Shown here one piece after another: positions 57,337 to 64,000 of a DNA stretch of 64,000 nt. The translations under genes were made by a program, and so were the position numbers. Position 1 is the first letter of the stretch, and each line of letters starts with the position of its first letter. Below the pieces are notes generated by a model. It was not told the origin of the DNA and did not search any database. It saw nothing but the letters and a program-made list of their open reading frames with translations. This stretch comes from Mayamaea pseudoterrestris (taxonomy: Eukaryota): NCBI GenBank assembly GCA_027923505.1, contig BROI01000009.1, positions 372,001 to 436,000 on the forward strand, in the 5' to 3' direction.

Positions 57337-58746
57337 CTATTGATGCAGCTGCTTTGTCTCCCACTCTTTCGTCCATGTGCGGTGCTTGGCTAGCATGTAG
57401 TTGTGCAGATCCTTGTCGCGATCCCACTGGTGCACGACGGGCGATGGCGTTTCGCCGTCCCACTGATAAACGACAGTAGTGTCTGGATCGCGGACTCCCC
57501 AACTTGTCAAGGTATTTGTTCGGAGCGCGCCAAGGTTGTTGATCATGCCGCGCCCTTGCTCCCAAACGATCAATTTGGAAATGGTTGCAGCATTCAGTAG
57601 CTTGCCCGAGTAGTACAAGTAGTTGTGAAATCCTTGGTCGGAGCCGGTCATGCGCACACTACCTTCGTCGTGTTCATTAATGAGTGCTCGCAAGTACGTT
57701 TCCAGAGCCACTTGTTCACCCATTGACGATCCGGAGCAAATGGTTGGTTTGTCTGCTAGTGCATCAAGTAAACCTGCGCCATAGCCGTTTCGCAACCAAT
57801 TGGCGTTCTTGCGTGACTTTCCAAGGCGGGTCGCGTCGGCATTTTCACCGAAAAAGTACAATAGTCCGTCGATAACGTCTGCAGTCGAGTTGGCAGTTGA
57901 CCGTCTTGGAAGATCTGCAAAGGGATTCGACTGAAAAAAGGTGTCGCGGGCGTCAATCAACATGAGCCACGAATGCGAAAAGTATTGGCGCGTCCAAATC
58001 CAGTACCATTCGTATCGGAGCGTTGCGACTACTCTGCCTTCGCGTGGATCCTTTAGTGGAAGCATTTCGCCAGTCTCCTTGTCGTTGTACCCGTAAATGT
58101 GATCGAGTCTACACATTTGAAAAACATCCGTCGCCTTGCTTCTATCCATGACAGCCCGCTTACCGTCTGGCGTGCCATCACAATCCAGATCCAATTGATA
58201 AATGATAACATTCAATTGAGTACCAGTCTGCTTGGAGTCTTCGTGCTGTTGTATGTGGTCGTCGCGATTCATGACGAACTTTAGCAAGTATTCCTTGACG
58301 CCATCATGAAGGTAGGAATCATTTGCAATCGCCAATACGACATCTCCCTTGTAACCAGTCGCTTGTAAAGTTTCCATAAACATGATATAGTAGGCGACTT
58401 GGTATCCTTCCGCATAAGCCAAAATAGCGTCCGCTTCCGGTCGATGTTTTCCGTAGGAGGGTCTCACCAGGATGGAAATTGTTTGATTGTAGCGCAAGTC
58501 GAGCGTTCGAGTTGGCGATGGAAATTGAGTGGGGCCAATGACTCTGACTTGATCCGAAACTTGAAAGAGCGCAGCGTCTGACTCCTCCTTGCGCGTCGGT
58601 TTCCATGCAGCAGCATCGTCGGCAGCGGAGGTGCGGGGAGAAGGGAAGGAAAGTGCGAGCAGCAAAAGCAGCAAATGCTTTACGAGACAGACACCAATCC
58701 TCCGACTACGTTCTTTAGTCGAATATCGACTCGTTGTACTATTCAT
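57337..58746 (-). CDS. Secretory-pathway glycosyltransferase-like protein (diatom-expanded family)
   Basis: 469 aa; N-terminal hydrophobic anchor, LIDARDTFFQSNPF, ICSGSSMG, SDQGFHNYL, VVHQWDR. Confidence 0.65.
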   Translation of the reverse strand: MNSTTSRYSTKERSRRIGVCLVKHLLLLLLALSFPSPRTSAADDAAAWKPTRKEESDAALFQVSDQVRVIGPTQFPSPTRTLDLRYNQTISILVRPSYGKHRPEADAILAYAEGYQVAYYIMFMETLQATGYKGDVVLAIANDSYLHDGVKEYLLKFVMNRDDHIQQHEDSKQTGTQLNVIIYQLDLDCDGTPDGKRAVMDRSKATDVFQMCRLDHIYGYNDKETGEMLPLKDPREGRVVATLRYEWYWIWTRQYFSHSWLMLIDARDTFFQSNPFADLPRRSTANSTADVIDGLLYFFGENADATRLGKSRKNANWLRNGYGAGLLDALADKPTICSGSSMGEQVALETYLRALINEHDEGSVRMTGSDQGFHNYLYYSGKLLNAATISKLIVWEQGRGMINNLGALRTNTLTSWGVRDPDTTVVYQWDGETPSPVVHQWDRDKDLHNYMLAKHRTWTKEWETKQLHQ

Positions 58747-60177
58747 GTTTGAAACGCATGAATGCTTTGACAGGCGGCCACCGACTGCTTGCGAAACTCA
58801 TGATCCCATGGTCGACGTGACCGACACACTCAGGAGCGTCTCTCCTGCACTGTATACTGTCAGAGCGAAGGCAAATTAAACGTCGCTCATGAGCAAATTT
58901 ATGTCGTTACGGTAATGCTTGTCCGACTGGTAATCATTACTTCATCGCAAGATCACATTATTTTGCTTGGCAGGCAATGATTCCATCATTTTATTCATCA
59001 AAGCTTCCACGGATCTTGCATGAATACGAGTACATGGCATCATTCATAGGAACGTTACAGTCACTCTTTTTGGCTTTCGCTCAGTTTGGCCTTTACCAGT
59101 AGTCTGAAGCACAAATCCAGACTTCATTGCGGCGGATTTTTCGAGCCATGGCCAGGAGTTACAGCGAATACAAAGTTAACTTCTACAATCGCATACTTGA
59201 GCTTGTACCATGAGACGACTCATAGATACTTATGCATGAAAAATCAATCATTATACATTATGCCATCGACTCATGGTAATGATTGCACCTTTACAGCACC
59301 TTGTTCCATGGATTGACGCGTATCTTGCTTGCCTGATTCGACAACGTTCGAAGCGTCAAGCATCAACGGTACAACAGTACTCGGGAGCGGTCTCTGACTG
59401 AACTGCGCTGACAATCAACCTAACTAATCGACAGTCAGTATTAGCAGCGAAGAGGCAACATCAACTTCATCATACAACGTCACAACTACTGCCAAAGTCA
59501 GCTCAAATGATCGTTCCATTTCAAATGCACCGGCTGGCGTAATACGACAAAATCATCAATCATTGTGCTTGATTTTGTAAGCGCGCCGATGCACGCCTAG
59601 GCGACGTCAAATTTGATTGTTCTGGACGAGTCGAAAGTTTTCATTGGCCACGACGATCCGCTTGCTGTGAATCATAAAGCTTTCTAATTTTGCGCCCACA
59701 TGAACAACAACTAGAATCTACAGTGCCATGTCATAGGAATGGCTGCGACGACGTTGGAACTTGTCGACCGACCAAGTCTCAACTCATATGGCGCACAACT
59801 TCTGGTCGAGTTCCATGCAAATCTCTCATAAACCGTCACTGCAACAGACGTCGATGGAAGCAAAGATATTGCGCGAGTTGTTTTGGGGACGAAATGGAGG
59901 AATCGCGGAAGGTTTGGAAGCCACGTATTGCGCTATCCCTTGGAGCCCCTAGAGTGTGTGTCGGTGACACGCTGCTGGCAAGTGCATTTACACGGGAAAA
60001 TGAGACGGCGGCGAAATCTACGGTAGCGGCAGGCAGAGAAGCACGACGTCTTGGAAGACAAACACTAAGACCGCGCTGCCTTTCATGGTTCGAACTCACA
60101 AGCTCAGGCCACGCTGGATGATAGCATCGAGAGCCGCACATTGATGCGTCGCGCTAGCGAACAACCAACCATCTTTA

Positions 60178-63100
60178 TTATGATGGCGCTTTTTGTGCAC
60201 AAGTATGAGGCAGGCAGGCAACATTCGGCGATTTTACCGCAGCTTCACCAGGAATATTCCGAATGCGTTCAGGGAATAACTCGAGTGTACTTGATTGGCT
60301 AAAGGATCCAGGGTAGGCGACTTTCGGTGGAAGACGGGTGGAGACGAAATGCAGTTGCCACAAGCTTAGGCATTCATTCAATATCGTCTTGAGAAGAAGA
60401 TGCACCGGAAAAAGTTGTGTGCAGACGCGAGAGGCAGCGGATGCGGCAAAATCAGCAGTGGCATTTCTCTCGCAATGTCGTGAGAAGCAGTGAAAAGGAG
60501 GTTATGGGACACACAAGGCAGAGGGGCGGTAACGATAGACTGATGCGTTGCTAAACGTCTGTGGCTCACAAATCCAAACTGCAACGATCAAGGCCGGACG
60601 AACTTTCATCGATCATTCCGACGAGTATGATAGGGACGATATCAACTTGCGGTAGATGCCCGAGCGATAGTTACAAGACGCGGTACATCATGTCGGCTAG
60701 CATTGCCGAAAATGACGAAAGCAGAGGCAGAAACTTGGCGGTTTTCATCGCTTGTGCCAAGAATCTTGTCCTCTCAACCCAGAAAATACGCAGATGCCAT
60801 TGCAGCCAACTATTTGATCACCTTTGCCATTAACTAACCACACCAACACTCGGGAATATCATCAACAGACTTATGAATTCAAGAATAGAGGCAGCATAGC
60901 TAAACATACAGTCGTGATCCGCCTGCTTTGGCCGCCGGGCGCTTGTTTCGATGCTCATACACTTTGGAAGCGAATGATTTACAAGCTGATTAACTGCAGT
61001 GAAACGCGGGTCATCGAAAGCTTCACAAACCAATAAACTTTAGCACTAAATCGCCTCTGGTGAAAGCGAACATTGGCATCGAGCGAATTGCGCTGTCACT
61101 CAGCTTGCCGCGACCTTGAGTTCTCCGCCAACGCCCAAATTTTCGGTCTCGACGCCGCGCAAGATCGGCTCTTGACGGGCAGCTATGTCGTTCTGTTGCG
61201 CATTCCCCAAGCCAGCAGGACTTGCTTGAACAAAGAATCGACAATTTGCAAGGTACTGCCTTCGAGAGCTCGGACGATTACTTGACCGTGGCAGTCGTGG
61301 TCGAAATGTGTAACATCCCGCTCGTTCGCCGGCCAAGCAGCAGAGATACATTTGCACCGACGCCGGGTATTATGAGCTTACGCCTCGACAGTTTAATGCA
61401 GCCACTCATTTGTTGTAAACGCTGCAGGCATCAGCCTTACATGGTCCGGTGTTGAGCGGAGCGAACCTTTTGCAACCCTGGAATCCACTGGAGGCATTGC
61501 TGTACCGCTTGCAACTGTCACGGAACGATCTTCGACGACCTTTAGCAAAAGAGGAAGTTCTTTTGCTTTCGCAAAAAAGAAGGGGGAAAATGCTTGGATC
61601 TGTGACATCAATGGAGTAATAAAATTCATTGACGGACGAAACGCAGGCATTATATATCTCGGCACCGTCACCTTCGCAGTCAATTGGAACGCAGATGATT
61701 TAACAAGCCGCTGATGAGACGGGTTCAATCAATTCTTGTAAAACGTGATGTGCTCTTTCACCTCAGCAATATGATTTAGTTCAAGGTCCGTCTGCTGCTT
61801 ACGGGAACATGTCCGAATTTCTTGGCGAGCTTGACTGCATTTGTCAGACTATTAAGCAGTCATGATAAAAGTCCGTTCTGTCAGAAAATGGCCGATTGGG
61901 CCATGCAACATGGGCACCTAGCAAAGACACGGCGCTCGCGCAAGTCACGGAGCTGATGAGAAACGCGTTAAAAGCTGCTAATGAAACAGATTTGGCATCG
62001 ATGTCACTTATCGATTCATAAGATTCTTCAGAGTTGCTTTTGTCGGTGAATTGTCAGTCAAAGACTACTGCTGATGGAAAGCAGCAATTCTGGAAGGAAA
62101 TTAAGCTGATTTTTGATCCGCGTTCGTCATGGGGCGTGCCGCAAACAGTGTCGCTCTGACTGTCGTCAAGGGCCTGCAACGAGGATCTCAGAGGAGGAAA
62201 TTGAGTGCGGTTTTGGCTGGCTCGGCAGGTAAAAGGTACTTTAGATGACGATATGTCGTTTGCTGTATGCACAGCTGGCATTTGGCCCGTCGGAAATGGC
62301 ATGTGTTCCTTCGACAAACATTTCTACTTTCACGACGACGACATGCCCCATGCTGATCAATTTGTTTTCGAAATGAAAGTCACAACGGAGCGTATTGGAT
62401 CTGGAGATGATTTGTCACGTGAAGCCATGACACGCAAACGCATGCTCCTCTATAAGCATGATGATGATCTACGGCAGGAAGCTTTTGCGACGCAGTTTGT
62501 TGCAGTCTGCGGTTCTATGCTTCGAGTGTCGGGTTTCGACATGAAGCTCTTGTCTTTTCAATGTGTACCCGTTGGTACGCGGCGTGGTTTTGTTGAATGG
62601 GTTCCTGGCAGCGTACCACTCAGCGAAATTTGTCACCCCATGGTTGGATCTACTTGTCTTGGAGAGAACGAATGGCCGGATGTTTCGGATATGAAGTTCC
62701 CCTCCATGTTGAGCAAGGGTGTGACAAAGTACGTATCGCTTCGACGACTTGGTGGTCAGCAAAATGGGACGTTTCGTCGACTTTCTGGGCGGCAACATGG
62801 CGGTGATGCTGGTTCCTTTTCGAATAACCCGGTTCAGGATTACCTTCGCAGCGTCGCCTATGATGACAAGGCTCCATATATGATACGCAAGGTTGTCATT
62901 TTACATACTTAAAGAGCGTCGCAGGCTACAGTGTCATTATCTATGTCCTTGGCGTGGGTGATCGTCACTTGGACAACTTGTTGTTGCATAAAAAGTGGCG
63001 CGTTTTTCCACTGTGACTACTACTTTATTCTCGGCAGCGATCCGAAGACGTACTTGCCAGCCCGAGTGACGCAAGAGATGGTGCATGGCATGGGGGCTCA

Positions 63101-63353
63101 GAGAGCGACAAGTATGTTCGCTTTCTCTCGACTGTGGGAGCTGCGTTTCTGGTGTTGCGCCGTCCCGAGAATGTCCGTGCACTGTTGTCCTTGGTGCGTT
63201 TGATGGAATCTTCCTGTGTTCCCGACATTTCTGAAAATCAGTCGACTGATCCGTGTTGGACTACGTGATCGCCTGAAACTTGACCTGGCGGATCAGGAAG
63301 CTGTGGCATATATCGAAGAATTTGTAGAGGCGAGCCATAGTTCAACGATGTGA
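60178..63353 (+). pseudogene. Phosphatidylinositol 3-kinase (Vps34-like) pseudogene; 5' limit approximate
   Basis: LYKHDDDLRQE, GFVEWVPGSVPLSEI, then frameshifted [27 protein letters not shown], frameshifted [15 protein letters not shown], and RLKLDLADQEAVAYIEE. At least three frameshifts; the upstream region is fragmented. Confidence 0.8.
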
Positions 63354-63543
63354 TGCATAGCTTGGGAAAACAGTTTTAATTCGTTGATGCGTGATGACAA
63401 TGTAAGGCTACTCGATTACTGCTAATATTCGTTTTTTATAACACAATGCACTGTACTGTACTCTACTGTACTGCAGCGTGCAAGGAGTACTGTACTGTAA
63501 TTTTGGCTTCAGCAAAGACCGATCGGTCTCAACACTGCGCTTG

Positions 63544-64000
63544 TTACACAAGGTCCACCGGAATGTTATCTGGGAGTCCCGTCGATGAGCAGCAACGTCC
63601 TGGATATGCCGAATACTCCGTCGTATGTCGAAGCAGCTGCCCCACGACGAGGCATGGACAAATCAACGAGCAGCAAGTGTCTTCGCATCCTCCTGGACAG
63701 CAGTTGGTTTCCTCCGGAATGTTATACTTTTGTCGTACATGCGACCGTATATTCTTTAAGCACATGACTGTGAATCCAAAGTAAATATAGGCCAACAAGT
63801 CATCAACTGCGCAAAAGAAATAGTAAGAGGTTGGCGGTTCGACCCAGTGTTGTGAATCAATATTTGGATCAAGCGTGGCAATTACAATGAGCAATAATGT
63901 TCGCGTCATCCAAAACAAGACTGTCGTTTTCAAAAGCGTTTTAAAAGCAAACGCTGCCTGCGATGCACTAGCAACTTGGCCGGCGTATGATAGTTGCATT
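63544..64000 (-). CDS. Second PLAC8-family protein, 3' part (5' end outside window)
   Basis: IRSHVRQKYNIP...EDTCCSLICPCLVVGQLLRHTTEYSAYPGRCCSSTGLP parallels exon 2 of 55470-56403. Confidence 0.85.
   Translation of the reverse strand, partial: MQLSYAGQVASASQAAFAFKTLLKTTVLFWMTRTLLLIVIATLDPNIDSQHWVEPPTSYYFFCAVDDLLAYIYFGFTVMCLKNIRSHVRQKYNIPEETNCCPGGCEDTCCSLICPCLVVGQLLRHTTEYSAYPGRCCSSTGLPDNIPVDLV

Overview
Gene-dense eukaryotic DNA with short GT-AG introns. Nucleus-encoded plastid proteins with bipartite signal+ASAF-type presequences (ALB3, sigma factor, Mg-chelatase H), a DUF6824 fragment and CoDi-like Copia elements point to a diatom. Positions 1-37.2 kb hold about 16 housekeeping genes (Rsm22-like, OSCA/TMEM63-like, TRAPPC2, TauE, GNB1L/Asa1-like, TCAB1, PPase, Sec66, ALB3, sigma-70, SAHH, SNAPC1-like, SPT16, class 3 lipase, ChlH), a 160-175 bp tandem array and two small pseudogenes. 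Positions 37.4-53.1 kb form a repeat island. It contains a very young Ty1/copia element (two apparently identical 484 bp LTRs, PBS, PPT, no target-site duplication), a ~17-copy hairpin-rich 181 bp satellite, and an older 5'-truncated copia element of a different lineage in the opposite orientation. Both elements point their 3' ends into the satellite. In both elements gag and pol lie in the same frame, separated by one TAG that is immediately followed by a stem-loop, which suggests programmed stop-codon readthrough. The young element also has a correctly phased GGATTTT slippery heptamer at that site and a PDZ-like domain between integrase and RT. The right end holds two PLAC8-like paralogues, a glycosyltransferase-like gene, a Ddi1-like protease fragment and a decayed Vps34-like PI3K pseudogene. 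All family calls come from motif recognition by eye; no searches were run.
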